Source: Synechococcus sp.
GTDB lineage: Bacteria; Cyanobacteriota; Cyanobacteriia; Thermostichales; PCC-7336
Length of the DNA: 64,000 nucleotides
Direction of reading: 5' to 3'
Assembly: GCA_051439425.1 (NCBI GenBank)
Contig: JBFRWD010000153.1
Span: 1 to 64,000, forward strand
Positions 48,207-58,838 of the stretch are shown here, piece by piece; the stretch's first letter is position 1, and each line of letters starts with the position of its first letter. The translations under genes and the position numbers were made by a program. The notes below the pieces were generated by a model. That model saw only the letters and a program-made list of their open reading frames with translations. It ran no database searches and was not told where the DNA came from.

Positions 48207-50681
48207 ATGCGATCGCTGGCTTTTCGATTGACAACAGCCATCGTGGGGCTGTTGGTGGTTTCCAATGCTGGAATCACGATTTTGGCCATCAATCGTAAGC
48301 GGCATGCATTTGAGGAAGACTTGCAAGTCCAAGCAGAAATCTTGATTGAGGCGTTGGTGTTTGATGCGTCTGAGGGTCTGCAGGGTGATGACATGACTCA
48401 CCTGGACGATATGATCCGCTCCGTTGCTCGCGAATCATCCCCGGTACTAGGGGGACGTATTTTTAATGCCGATGGTTTGGCGGTCTACGACAGCTACGAT
48501 GCCATCAAGCGTGACATGGGGCCCGATCCATTTGCACTAGAACTTCTAGCCAGCAACGAGATGCTCTTTGAGTGGGGACGCGATCGCGTGATGGCGGGTC
48601 GAAGAATGATGGGGGTAAACGACCCCTTCGTCATCACTCTCGAGCTCTCCACCGAAGATATGAAAGCCAGGAGATCCAAAGCATTGTGGCAAGGATTTCA
48701 AGCCGCCAGCGTGTCAATTGCGGCTGGAACGCTCTTAGCATTAGTAATTGCACGAAGTATTTCCCTGCCATTGCAAGCGATGGTACAGGCAACCTCAAAA
48801 ATTGCCGCAGGAGATTTGCAGCAACGGTTACAGGAGCAGGGGATAACCGAATTAGCCGCGTTGTCCAGAGGATTTAATCAGATGACGAAGCAGTTGCATG
48901 TCAACTTGCTTCGCAAAGGGGCCATCCTACACTACGCTCTCGATCCCATCATTACCCTGGATGAAAATGGGAAGATTGAAGAGTTTAATGACGCGTCAGA
49001 ACGGGTGTTTGGCCATCAGCGTAGTTTTGTTTTTGGCCGAGACTTTACCGAACTGATTGTGGCCGAATCCTGGCGGCAGTCGTTTAAAACAGCGCTCGAT
49101 GGATGGTCGGTGGGTGAGTCCTCAGAGCTGTTCGAACGGTGGGCCGAAATTCGGGCGATGCGCAGTGATGGCCAAGAGTTTCCCGCAGATTTCTCCGTCA
49201 GTTGCGGGGCCGTGGAAGGCGTCAAGTTGTTCACTGTCATGGTGCGGGACGTCACCGAACGAAAGCGTATGGAGGAACAGTTACGCCTCGAAGCTCGGCA
49301 CGATCCTCTGACTGGGTTGTCAAACCGCAGTGACTTTAATCGATGCTTAGACCAGGCATTTCAGCACTTTAAACAGGATGCCGATGCTGCGTTTGCAGTG
49401 TTGTTCTTGGATTTCGATCGCTTCAAATTCATCAACGATAGCCTGGGACATAAGATTGGAGATCTTCTTTTAACTAACATTGCTCGTCGCTTGCAAGCTT
49501 GTGTGCGCCCCGGCGATCTGATCGCGCGTCTGGGGGGAGATGAATTCACTGTTTTGCTCGAAAACGTCAACGATGCCGAATTCGCCGAGCACACAGCCAA
49601 GCGGATTTTGCAGCGGCTGAGTTCCCCCTTTCAACTGGAAGGCCATCAAGTTTCGATCACCGCTAGCATTGGCATCGTGCTGAGTAGTACACATCACGAT
49701 GCGGCTGACGAGATTCTCCGTGATGCCGACGCCACCATGTACTCAGCCAAAGCGGCTGGGAAAAACCAATATTTGCTGTTCGATAAGGCAATAGGGGAGA
49801 AAGCTAAGTATCGCTGGCAAATCGAACAAGATTTACGGCAGGCACTGCCCCGTCAGGAATTCCAACTCAATTACCAGCCCATTATTGAGAGTCAGACCAA
49901 AACGTTGATTGGATTTGAAGTCCTCTTGCGTTGGGCTCATTCCCAGTTGGGATGGATTCCCCCCAACGAGTTTATTCCGATTGCAGAAGAGAGCGGCACC
50001 ATTGGCCCAATTGGAATGTGGGTATTACAGACCAGTTGTCAGCAGATGGTGGAGTGGCAGCAATACTATCAGCCCTCAGAACCTCTGGCCCTAAGCGTCA
50101 ACCTATCCTTCAAACAAATGCTGCAGTCCGATTTGGTCAAGCAGATTGAGCGAGTTCTACTGAAGACTGGGTTTGCTGCGGAGCAATTGAAGCTTGAAAT
50201 CACAGAAACTATCTTCATGGAAAATTTCGAGATGGCGCTTGCCCATTGCTCGGCGTTGAGGAGATTAGGCGTTCAGATTTATATCGATGATTTTGGCACG
50301 GGCTACTCTTCCCTTAGCTACTTGAATAAGCTGCCGATTGATGCCCTTAAAATCGATCGCTCGTTCATCAGCGATCCCCAAGTAGACGTCAATAGCTGGA
50401 GAATCGTGCAGACCATTTTGGCTTTGGCCAGGGAAATGGGATTGGATGCGATTGCCGAGGGGGTAGAAAATGCTGAGCAAATGGAGCAGTTGACCCAGTT
50501 GGGGTGCAATTATCTACAAGGATATTTTGTCGCCAAGCCTTTGAGCGTTGGGGACGCAGAAGCTCTGGTCGAAGCGGGAAGTCTCGCTCCCCATAGCGAT
50601 GCGATTTTGCCTGTCAGCCCGATGAGTCACATCTCTCTTGACGACTCATCTCCGCAGACGAGTCTGCAGCATCGAAGCTGA
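48207..50681 (+). CDS. Membrane diguanylate cyclase/phosphodiesterase (HAMP-PAS-GGDEF-EAL)
   Basis: HDPLTGLSNR, RLGGDEF, YQPI, EVLLRW, DDFGTGYSSL, LKIDRSF, AEGVE. Confidence 0.95.
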   Translation: MRSLAFRLTTAIVGLLVVSNAGITILAINRKRHAFEEDLQVQAEILIEALVFDASEGLQGDDMTHLDDMIRSVARESSPVLGGRIFNADGLAVYDSYDAIKRDMGPDPFALELLASNEMLFEWGRDRVMAGRRMMGVNDPFVITLELSTEDMKARRSKALWQGFQAASVSIAAGTLLALVIARSISLPLQAMVQATSKIAAGDLQQRLQEQGITELAALSRGFNQMTKQLHVNLLRKGAILHYALDPIITLDENGKIEEFNDASERVFGHQRSFVFGRDFTELIVAESWRQSFKTALDGWSVGESSELFERWAEIRAMRSDGQEFPADFSVSCGAVEGVKLFTVMVRDVTERKRMEEQLRLEARHDPLTGLSNRSDFNRCLDQAFQHFKQDADAAFAVLFLDFDRFKFINDSLGHKIGDLLLTNIARRLQACVRPGDLIARLGGDEFTVLLENVNDAEFAEHTAKRILQRLSSPFQLEGHQVSITASIGIVLSSTHHDAADEILRDADATMYSAKAAGKNQYLLFDKAIGEKAKYRWQIEQDLRQALPRQEFQLNYQPIIESQTKTLIGFEVLLRWAHSQLGWIPPNEFIPIAEESGTIGPIGMWVLQTSCQQMVEWQQYYQPSEPLALSVNLSFKQMLQSDLVKQIERVLLKTGFAAEQLKLEITETIFMENFEMALAHCSALRRLGVQIYIDDFGTGYSSLSYLNKLPIDALKIDRSFISDPQVDVNSWRIVQTILALAREMGLDAIAEGVENAEQMEQLTQLGCNYLQGYFVAKPLSVGDAEALVEAGSLAPHSDAILPVSPMSHISLDDSSPQTSLQHRS

Positions 50682-50864
50682 AAAAAAGCCGATTATGTGG
50701 CCAAGACTACAAAGCGATTGTGCTAACTAAGACTGAATCTAAGTAGTGGTAAGCCGTCGATCGGGCAGCCTGATGACTCACCCTTGTAAGTGTTGGTTCG
50801 ATTGCTTGCCAGCGCCTTGCTTCGCAGGCATTTTTCTGCATGGCGTTAAGACTTTAGGAATGAA

Positions 50865-52274
50865 ATGCCCAAGTTGCTTGACTCCGCCCGTTTACTGTTC
50901 GAGTTACAGCGCAGCCATTGCATCACCCAATCCCTGGCCGGACTGACCGTTCCAGAAGAGATTGCCAAGCGGGTTACGAATGGAGCGATCGAGCAATTTG
51001 GCTGTGCGTTTGCTCGCATCTGGCTGGTAGAGAGCGATCGCACGGTCCTCCGCCTGGTAGCGTCTTCAGGTTTGTATACACATATTGACGGTAGCTTTGC
51101 CCGTGTCCCGATGGGGGCCTACAAAGTAGGCAAGATCGCCCAAAATTGCGTATCGTTTCTCAGCAATAATTTGCCAGAGGAAACCTGGGTCAAAGATCGT
51201 GATTGGGCGCTCGCCAATCAGATTCAGGGGTTCGCGGGTTATCCATTGGTGGCGGATGGCCAAGCGATTGGAGTATTGGCGATTTTTAGCCATCAACCCC
51301 TAGCTGCCGAATTTCTAGAAGTCTTGCAGGGGCTGTGTTCGACTGTGACGGTTGCTCTGCAAACGGCGTTGCAATACCAGAAAGACAAACAAGCACTGCA
51401 TAGCAATGGAGTAGTTGGGAGTGGGCAGATGCTATCCGATCGATTAGCTAGCGTGCTGGAAAATACTCACCTGACGATGGTAGGTACAGAACAGGTTCTA
51501 CGCGTTTCCCAAACGTTTTTATTCCTGCATCTAGGGGAGATACTCAACCAACTTAGTTGCAATTACTGTCGTCTCACCTATGGTCAGAATGATGTCACGT
51601 TGGAGGCAATTGTTGGGATAAATGATGAGGCGACTCCACCCGTGGAAGCGATGTTCGAGTCAGTTCTTGTCAGTACCCACGCTCTGGGGGGGACGTTGAA
51701 CTTGCAGCGCAGTCGCGAACAGGCAGTCATGCAAGTGTCGTTTCGATTGCCAGTGAGACCTCCCGTGAAGGACGGCAATCTGTCGGTTTATATTGTTTGT
51801 AGCCATCATCTGATGCAACTGGCGTTCACTCAGTTGGCTTACACAACGGGACTCTCGGTTGTGCCCTATCGAGAATCAGGCGGATTGGTACTGACAGATG
51901 ATGCTAGCGAAATCACTAGCGGCGATCGCGTGCTGTGGGTGCGTCAAGGACTCCAGCCACCTCCAGCCGATGTCATGGCTTGCTTGGATGTGTCGTTAAC
52001 TCCGATGCAGTTTCGGGAGGCAATTGAAGCAGTGCAGAGGGGAGAGAGCTGGGGGCTCGATCTTGACAGTGCAGAACCACCGTTAGATATCTCAAGCCGC
52101 GAGCAAGAAATTGCGGGGCTTTTGGCCATGGGGATGCGCGATCGCGATATCGCGCAAGAGCTACATATCAGCGAAAGTACTGTGAAATTTCACATGAATA
52201 AGGTGATGACAAAGTTGAACTCCCGCACCCGCTACCAAGCCTTATATCAGTTGACATCGAAAGGGTGGCTGTAG
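50865..52274 (+). CDS. GAF + LuxR-HTH transcriptional regulator preceding the Nit1C operon
   Basis: GAF (ARIWL...LVASSG, FAGYPL...IGVLAIF); C-terminal SSREQEI...DRDIAQELHISESTVKFH. Confidence 0.88.
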   Translation: MPKLLDSARLLFELQRSHCITQSLAGLTVPEEIAKRVTNGAIEQFGCAFARIWLVESDRTVLRLVASSGLYTHIDGSFARVPMGAYKVGKIAQNCVSFLSNNLPEETWVKDRDWALANQIQGFAGYPLVADGQAIGVLAIFSHQPLAAEFLEVLQGLCSTVTVALQTALQYQKDKQALHSNGVVGSGQMLSDRLASVLENTHLTMVGTEQVLRVSQTFLFLHLGEILNQLSCNYCRLTYGQNDVTLEAIVGINDEATPPVEAMFESVLVSTHALGGTLNLQRSREQAVMQVSFRLPVRPPVKDGNLSVYIVCSHHLMQLAFTQLAYTTGLSVVPYRESGGLVLTDDASEITSGDRVLWVRQGLQPPPADVMACLDVSLTPMQFREAIEAVQRGESWGLDLDSAEPPLDISSREQEIAGLLAMGMRDRDIAQELHISESTVKFHMNKVMTKLNSRTRYQALYQLTSKGWL

Positions 52275-52420
52275 ATGGGAATTAAGGGGCATAAAACCCT
52301 CTTTAAATGTTAGAGGCTTCTGACGCAAACTATCGAAATAGATAGGTGCACTTGCCTCCCACTAACATTGGGCGAACAACCAGCCAAATGGATTGCCGAA
52401 ATCTCTAGTCATCAGAGTTA

Positions 52421-52463
52421 TGTAGCTGGAGTTACAAACTAGCAGATTTGGAGTTCGTACACT
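52421..52463 (+). promoter_or_regulatory. NtcA-activated (class II) promoter of the Nit1C operon
   Basis: tGTA-gctggagt-TACa, exactly 22 nt, then TACACT (TAN3T). Confidence 0.85.
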
Positions 52464-52552
52464 ACGGCCATTCATGCAGAACGCAGTTGTCTTGGCCGAT
52501 TCGATGTCGCTAGAGCCATGACTAATTGCCTTGCGAAATGAGGAATTTTGTT

Positions 52553-53035
52553 ATGCCCGAAGTCTCTTTTCCCGCCTACAAAGCTGGCGATTTTTTGGTG
52601 GACTATGAAGAGAAAGTTTTTCCCGATGTCAAAGCGGACCCAGGTGAAAAAGCTCTAGTCACCTTCCATACGGTGGCATTTGAAGGCTCTATTGGGCTGG
52701 TGAACCTATTACAAGCCACTCGCTTGATCCGTAAGGGATTCGAAACCTCTGTCCTGCTGTATGGGCCTGGTGTGACGCTAGGGGTACAGCGAGGATTTCC
52801 CAAGTTGGGAGATGGCGCATTCCCCGGACATTTAGCCATGAACGATCAGTTGGTCAAGATCATGGAAGAAGGTGGAAAAGTCTACGCCTGTCGCTTCGCT
52901 CTACAGGCCCTATACGGTCATGGAGAACCGTCTTTGATTCCGGGCATCACCCCGATTAATCCACTCGATGTTCTGGATATTGTGTTGATGCATCGTAAGG
53001 ATGGGGCATTTATTTTAGATACCTGGACGATGTAA
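52553..53035 (+). CDS. nitB: MSMEG_0572/Sll0783-family nitrogen starvation protein (NitB)
   Basis: [39 protein letters not shown]. Confidence 0.93.
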   Translation: MPEVSFPAYKAGDFLVDYEEKVFPDVKADPGEKALVTFHTVAFEGSIGLVNLLQATRLIRKGFETSVLLYGPGVTLGVQRGFPKLGDGAFPGHLAMNDQLVKIMEEGGKVYACRFALQALYGHGEPSLIPGITPINPLDVLDIVLMHRKDGAFILDTWTM

Positions 53036-53156
53036 TCCTTACGGCCTTTCCAGACTACTTTCTTTAGTCATTACCAGTTGTTGAGGCGATCGCCACTATT
53101 CGCCGATCGCCTGCAACGGTTCAACTATTGTGTGTTGTAGTCTCGGGCATTTTGTT

Positions 53157-54224
53157 ATGACAAACTATCCGACAATTCGTGCCGCAGCGGCCCAAATCAG
53201 CCCGGTGTTATTTAGCCGGGATGGTACTACCGCCAAGGTGCTAAATGCAATCGGCGATGCAGCCAAACAAGGAGCGCAGCTTATCGTCTTTCCCGAGACA
53301 TTTGTGCCCTACTATCCTTACTTCTCCTTTATTCAACCTCCGGTGTTAATGGGGACAGAACACATGCGGTTGTACGAGCAGGCTGTGACAGTACCCGGCC
53401 CAGTGGTAGATGCAGTCTCTCAAGCGGCAAAAGCCTACGACATGGTGGTGCTGCTGGGTGTAAACGAACGGGATGGGGGCTCTCTTTACAACACTCAATT
53501 GTTGTTTGATGCGGATGGCTCGTTACTGTTAAAGCGGCGCAAAATCACGCCCACCTACCATGAGCGCATGGTGTGGGGGCAGGGGGATGGTGCTGGCCTC
53601 ACAGTCCAGAAGACTGCGATTGGAAAGGTGGGCGCTCTGGCTTGCTGGGAGCATTACAACCCTCTGGCTCGCTATGCCCTCATGACCCAGGGGGAAGAGA
53701 TTCACTGTGCCCAATTTCCTGGCTCGATGGTGGGGAATATCTTTGCCGAGCAAATGGAAGTAACCATTCGGCACCATGCTCTGGAATCAGGGTGTTTCGT
53801 CGTCAATGCCACGGGGTGGCTGACCTCCGAGCAAATTGCCCAGATTACGGACGACCCCAATCTGCAGCGGGTGCTGACGGGGGGATGTCACACCGCCATT
53901 GTCAGTCCGGAAGGGAAACATTTGTGCGAGCCGATTCGGGAGGGGGAGGGATTGGCGATCGCCGATTTGGATTTCTCCCTGATCACTAAACGCAAGCGCA
54001 TGATGGACTCCGTCGGTCACTATGCCCGCCCCGAGTTGCTGAAGTTATGGATGAATTCTGAACCGCAGCCCCCGGTAGCTGGCGGTGAGGGGAGCTCGTC
54101 TGTCACGATCGCACAGCCTAATAGCGGTTTATCAGAATCCACTTCAGTTACCCCTCTCAATACCACCTCAAATGGCGCGTCAGGAGACAGTCCGATGGGT
54201 TCTCTCACGCTTCAGCAATCGTGA
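53157..54224 (+). CDS. nitC: Nit6803-family nitrilase (NitC)
   Basis: Catalytic E-K-C in [33 protein letters not shown]. Confidence 0.95.
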   Translation: MTNYPTIRAAAAQISPVLFSRDGTTAKVLNAIGDAAKQGAQLIVFPETFVPYYPYFSFIQPPVLMGTEHMRLYEQAVTVPGPVVDAVSQAAKAYDMVVLLGVNERDGGSLYNTQLLFDADGSLLLKRRKITPTYHERMVWGQGDGAGLTVQKTAIGKVGALACWEHYNPLARYALMTQGEEIHCAQFPGSMVGNIFAEQMEVTIRHHALESGCFVVNATGWLTSEQIAQITDDPNLQRVLTGGCHTAIVSPEGKHLCEPIREGEGLAIADLDFSLITKRKRMMDSVGHYARPELLKLWMNSEPQPPVAGGEGSSSVTIAQPNSGLSESTSVTPLNTTSNGASGDSPMGSLTLQQS

Positions 54225-54343
54225 AAGCGCTATGCATGGGCTCGGACATAACTTATTCGAGTTCATGTGAGAGTTGAAGCCGTTTTCGCCTTCTCAATCT
54301 GACAGCGATTGACTGCACACAGCTAACGAATTCTGCAAAGTCG

Positions 54344-55471
54344 ATGGATAAGCAACGACTGATTACCGAACTACAAGTGAATGGTCTAAATCTCTATCCA
54401 GAAGAGGTGGGGGCTTCTGGGCGGAAAGGAGGGGCAGGGCCATCCGACCACAAAGCGTTGATCGTGGATGGAACTCCAATTATGGTGCCGGTGTTTACCA
54501 CCAGTGCATCTAGCTCGCCATATAGTTCCAGTGCCTCTCTTCAGGGGGATACAGAATCGGCACCAACGGCAACAGTGAGTCGAGCTGGGGAAACGATCGC
54601 CTCGGTCGAACTCCCTCAGCAACCCCAGTTTTACGACTTGATGACTAGCGACGGGATTCCCTATCGCAAGATTGCCTTACTTCACGGTCGAGACGTGCTG
54701 GCTACCACCGTTCTGCAAACCTGCATTCGCTACGGCGATCGCGATACCGCCTGCCAATTTTGTGCCATTGGTGAATCGCTAGCTGCAGGACAAACCATTG
54801 CTCGCAAAACTCCCGAACAACTGGCGGAAGTGGCAGAAGCCGCCGTTCGGTTGGATGGGGTCAAGCATATGGTGATGACCACCGGAACGCCACCGGGGAG
54901 CGATCGCGGTGCAGCCTACCTAACCGAATGTGCCCGCGCCATCAAAGCCAAAGTGGATCTGCCGATTCAGGCCCAATGCGAGCCCCCGGATGATTTTGGC
55001 TGGTTCGAGCGAATGAAAACAGCTGGCATCGACAGCTTAGGGATGCACCTTGAAGCCGTCACTCCAGAAGTGCGGGCGCGCATCATGCCCGGAAAGGCCG
55101 AGGTCCCCATGGATGTCTACATGCAGGCGTTTGAGTCTGCCGTCAACGTCTTTGGGCGAGGGCAAGTCAGCACTTACATTTTGGCGGGCCTGGGGGACAG
55201 CCTTGAGGCATTAGTTGAGACCAGCGAGCGCCTTATTGCCCTGGGGGTCTACCCCTTCGTCGTTCCCTTCGTCCCCATCACTGGCACACCACTCGCCAAC
55301 CATCCTGCCCCCGACAGCGACTTTATGTTTGCGGTCTATCAGCGCATTGGCAAATTACTGCAGTCTGCAGAGATGCTGTCCAGTGAAGCAAAGGCCGGGT
55401 GTGCCAAATGTGGAGCCTGCTCCGCGCTCTCAGTGTTTGAGTCTCAGCCAAAGGATTCGCAAGTGATTTAA
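54344..55471 (+). CDS. nitD: MSMEG_0568-family radical SAM protein (NitD)
   Basis: GGAGPSDHKA, QTCIRY.....CQFCAIG, C-terminal GCAKCGACS. Confidence 0.93.
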   Translation: MDKQRLITELQVNGLNLYPEEVGASGRKGGAGPSDHKALIVDGTPIMVPVFTTSASSSPYSSSASLQGDTESAPTATVSRAGETIASVELPQQPQFYDLMTSDGIPYRKIALLHGRDVLATTVLQTCIRYGDRDTACQFCAIGESLAAGQTIARKTPEQLAEVAEAAVRLDGVKHMVMTTGTPPGSDRGAAYLTECARAIKAKVDLPIQAQCEPPDDFGWFERMKTAGIDSLGMHLEAVTPEVRARIMPGKAEVPMDVYMQAFESAVNVFGRGQVSTYILAGLGDSLEALVETSERLIALGVYPFVVPFVPITGTPLANHPAPDSDFMFAVYQRIGKLLQSAEMLSSEAKAGCAKCGACSALSVFESQPKDSQVI

Positions 55472-55475
55472 GTTT

Positions 55476-55570
55476 GGTCTTTTGTCATTTGTCCTTGGTC
55501 ATTTGTCCTTGGTCACTCGCAGTCGGTCTTTACCAATGACTTCTTCACCAATGACTGGTGACCCATGACC
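55476..55570. repeat. STRR-like heptamer tandem repeats
   Basis: TTGTCAT/TTGTCCT/TGGTCAT units followed by complementary CAATGAC-like units. Confidence 0.7.
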
Positions 55571-55615
55571 CCTCAACCCTTCTCAAATAGCTAAAACCTT
55601 TCCCCGTCTCCCCCT

Positions 55616-56134
55616 ATGAGCCTCCCAACCTACCAATACTCACTAGCCAAAACCACGAACCACCTGCGAGAATATTTTGACTTACGCAAAGCAATTTTCT
55701 GTGACGAGCAAGAAATCTTTGCCCATTCCGATATCGATCGCACAGATGAAATCGCTCATCCAATTGTGGCGTTGGAGCGAGATTGGGTGGCGGGCGATCG
55801 CGTGATTGGTATCGTGCGCATTTACGAAGCAGAGCCTCACCTGTGGTACGGGGGACGGCTGGGTGTGCATGCTCTGTATCGCAGTCGCGGTCGCGTGGGT
55901 AAAGGGTTAATTCAAAAAGCAGTGACTACAGCTAATGAATGGGGATGCGATCGCTTCTTAGCCACCGTGCAGTTACAAAACGTTCGCTTCTTCCGTCGCC
56001 TGCATTGGAACTCGCTGGAGGAGATGACGCTGTTTGGCCAGAAACACCATCTTATGGAAGCAGATTTGGAGTTTTATCCACCGAATGGAGAGCCTAGGGT
56101 GGCAGTGCCGCAGGTGTTGAGCGGGGTTGCTTGA
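55616..56134 (+). CDS. nitE: MSMEG_0567/Sll0786-family N-acetyltransferase (NitE)
   Basis: LR..IFC.EQ.IF, W.GGRLGV, FLATVQ.QNV.FF..LHW. Confidence 0.9.
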   Translation: MSLPTYQYSLAKTTNHLREYFDLRKAIFCDEQEIFAHSDIDRTDEIAHPIVALERDWVAGDRVIGIVRIYEAEPHLWYGGRLGVHALYRSRGRVGKGLIQKAVTTANEWGCDRFLATVQLQNVRFFRRLHWNSLEEMTLFGQKHHLMEADLEFYPPNGEPRVAVPQVLSGVA

Positions 56135-56145
56135 TGGCAGGTGTG

Positions 56146-56260
56146 TGTCCTTTGTCCTTCGTCCTTTGTCATTAGTCAGTGGCCACAAGCCTCTCTACCA
56201 ACCAATGACTAATGACCAGTGACCAGTGACCAGTGACCAATGACTAACCACCAATCCCCG
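56146..56260. repeat. STRR-like heptamer tandem repeats
   Basis: TGTCCTT units then (CCAGTGA/CCAATGA)n and CCAATCCCC. Confidence 0.75.
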
Positions 56261-57235
56261 ACCCCCCTCAGCCTCTCCCCCTTGCTTTCCCTCACCCATA
56301 CCGTTCGCCATTCTGTCGGTATTCGCCAAAAGCAAGACATTCAACAAGCTGCCAAATATCTGGGACGCTCCTGCCACAACATCGCCATTGGAGACGATTG
56401 CGCGGCGATCGCCGATGGCAACTCGCATCTCCTGCTGGCTGCCGAGGGCATGCTGCCGCAGTTTGTTACCGACGAACCATGGTTTGCCGGGTGGTGTGGA
56501 GTGATGGTGAATGTGAGCGACATCTATGCGATGGGCGGCAGGCCAATCGCTGTTGTGGACACCATTTGGGGTCGAAATTCGGAATCAATTGCTGAAGTGT
56601 GGGAGGGGATGCAAGCTGCATCACTGGCATATTCTGTGCCGATTGTTGGTGGGCATACCAATTGTCACAGTCCAAGCGATGGATTGTCGGTGGCGATATT
56701 AGGGCGGGCGACTCGGTTACTCTCTGGGTTTGCGGCTCAACCGGGGGATTGCTTGATGGTGGCGGTGACCTTGCAAGGGCAGCGATTTAAGCATTATCCG
56801 TTCTGGAATGGAGCAACGGATGCGAACCCGGAGCACTTGCGGCGGCAGTTGGAGATATTGCCGGAGTTAGCGGAATCGGGGTTGTGCTCGGCGGGCAAGG
56901 ACATCAGTATGGGAGGAATTCTGGGGACAGCGCTGATGTTGCTGGAAGCCTCGCAGGTGGGGGCAGAAATTTGCGTACCGAATATTCCACGTCCGCAGGG
57001 GGTGGAGTTTGAGGACTGGGTGCAATGGTTTCCCAGCTTTGGCTTTTTGTTGAGCGCTCCCCTTCAAAATTACGAGGCAGTAGCGGAGAGATTCGAGCGA
57101 CAGGGAGTGCATTGTGCGGCAGTGGGTCGGGTAACGGCCGATCGCCAAGTACATCTGAAATGGGGAGACGAGTCGGCGCTGTTGTGGGATTTTGAGCGGG
57201 AAGCGCTGACGGGATTTTCGCAGGGGGGTAGCTGA
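56240..57235 (+). CDS. nitF: Sll0787-family AIR-synthase-like protein (NitF)
   Basis: GDDCAAI, VMVNVSDIYAMGGRP, VGGHTN, KDISMGG; start uncertain. Confidence 0.9.
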   Translation: MTNHQSPTPLSLSPLLSLTHTVRHSVGIRQKQDIQQAAKYLGRSCHNIAIGDDCAAIADGNSHLLLAAEGMLPQFVTDEPWFAGWCGVMVNVSDIYAMGGRPIAVVDTIWGRNSESIAEVWEGMQAASLAYSVPIVGGHTNCHSPSDGLSVAILGRATRLLSGFAAQPGDCLMVAVTLQGQRFKHYPFWNGATDANPEHLRRQLEILPELAESGLCSAGKDISMGGILGTALMLLEASQVGAEICVPNIPRPQGVEFEDWVQWFPSFGFLLSAPLQNYEAVAERFERQGVHCAAVGRVTADRQVHLKWGDESALLWDFEREALTGFSQGGS

Positions 57236-58464
57236 TGACACGCTTACGGATTGCGTTATTGACCTATTCCACTCAACCGCGTGGCGGTGTGGTACACGCT
57301 ATGGAGCTAGCGGAAGCTCTGGACAGACTGGGGCATGATGTTTGCTTATTTGCCCTCGATAAAGGCAATGGTTTTTTCCGTACCATGAGCTGCAAAGCCA
57401 TCGGCGTACCGGCAGCTCCCGCTCCCACCGATATTGGGACGCTAGTGAAGCTGCGCATTCAGGAATACGTTGATTACTTTGTCGACAGCTATTTTGTTAA
57501 TGGTGAGAGCCCATTCGACATTTATCACGCCCAAGACTGCATCAGCGCCAATGCCCTCGTCCAACTGCGCGATCGCCAGCTCATCCCCCACGTGCTACGC
57601 ACCGTGCATCACGTTGACGAGTTCAATAGTCCCTATTTACAGCAATGTCAGGAGCGATCGCTCTTAAATGTCGATCGCTGTTTTACTGTCAGCCACCATT
57701 GGCAACAGCAACTGGCCGAACAGTATTCGATAACGGCATCTCCAGTGGCTAACGGAGTCAATCTCAGCCGATTTTCCCCACATCTCAGCGGTAACGAACC
57801 GCAATTGAAATCCCGCTTGGGTATGACATCTTTTCCGCTCTTTCTTACCGTCGGAGGCATTGAACCGCGTAAAAATTCCATCCGATTACTGCAGGCTTTT
57901 GCGCTGGTGTTGCAACGTTATCCCAATGCTCAGTTGGCGATCGCAGGAGGGACGACGCTGTTTGATTACGAACCCTATCGAGAGCAGTTTTTTGAGGAGG
58001 TGAAACGGCTAGAGATCGATGTAGGCCGGTCGCTGCTGCTGCCAGGGCCGATCGCCGATGTCGATATGGCCGATTTGTATCGCTGTGCGGATGCGTTTGT
58101 GTTTCCGTCTTTGAAAGAAGGGTGGGGGCTGGTAGCGCTGGAGGCGATGGCGTCAGGGGTTCCGGTGATGGCATCCGACCGCCCTCCGTTTACGGAATTT
58201 CTCGATGCCACTAACGCTGTGTTGGTGGATGCGGAGTCCGCGGAGGCGATCGCCGCGGGGATGTGCAGAATTCTCGAACGTGGTGTGAGAGATTTGCTGG
58301 TACGGGCGGGACCAGGAGTGGCACAGGAATTCAGTTGGGAGCGATCGGCGCTGTTACATATTCAGCAATACCAACAGTTTTTATCGTTAGGCGATCGCAG
58401 CCAGTCGGAACGTTCAGTGTCCGAACCGTCCGTTAACGTGCCAATTATCAATAGAGCTGTTTGA
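57235..58464 (+). CDS. MSMEG_0565-family GT4 glycosyltransferase
   Basis: PRGGVVH, HAQDCIS, VGGIEPRKN, FPSLKEGWGLVALEAMASG. Confidence 0.92.
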   Translation: MTRLRIALLTYSTQPRGGVVHAMELAEALDRLGHDVCLFALDKGNGFFRTMSCKAIGVPAAPAPTDIGTLVKLRIQEYVDYFVDSYFVNGESPFDIYHAQDCISANALVQLRDRQLIPHVLRTVHHVDEFNSPYLQQCQERSLLNVDRCFTVSHHWQQQLAEQYSITASPVANGVNLSRFSPHLSGNEPQLKSRLGMTSFPLFLTVGGIEPRKNSIRLLQAFALVLQRYPNAQLAIAGGTTLFDYEPYREQFFEEVKRLEIDVGRSLLLPGPIADVDMADLYRCADAFVFPSLKEGWGLVALEAMASGVPVMASDRPPFTEFLDATNAVLVDAESAEAIAAGMCRILERGVRDLLVRAGPGVAQEFSWERSALLHIQQYQQFLSLGDRSQSERSVSEPSVNVPIINRAV

Positions 58465-58476
58465 GGGAGATTGACA

Positions 58477-58761
58477 ATGCCAGAGATGCATTTTCGGGTG
58501 GAATGGCCCGATGGTAAACAGGCGAATTACTATTCGCCGTCGTTGGTGATCGAAGACTATTTTGAGGAGGGAGGGGAATATCCAGTCAGGGAGTTTGTGG
58601 AAAAGGCGCGGGAATCGCTGAATATTGCCAGCGATCGCGTTAAAGCCAAATATGGATTTGCTTGCGGGCGGGCAAGGGGATCGATACAGCAAATCGAACA
58701 GGTTGCAGCTTCTTATGGCGACGTTAGCCAAGAGGTTCGGGTGATTCAGTTTACGAAGTAA
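58477..58761 (+). CDS. nitG: MSMEG_0570-family protein (NitG)
   Basis: MPEMHF.V.WPDG....YSPSLV, ASDRV.AKYGFAC. Confidence 0.92.
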   Translation: MPEMHFRVEWPDGKQANYYSPSLVIEDYFEEGGEYPVREFVEKARESLNIASDRVKAKYGFACGRARGSIQQIEQVAASYGDVSQEVRVIQFTK

Positions 58762-58838
58762 GTTTCGGCACCCATTTTACTGCGTACTCTCGAATGAGAT
58801 TGAGAGATGCCATCCCCAACAGCGAGTCTGGCTAGTGC

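Noticed and set aside
56146..56260. Tandem repeats as a possible CRISPR array
   Set aside because: 7-bp units without unique spacers, and no cas genes in the window.
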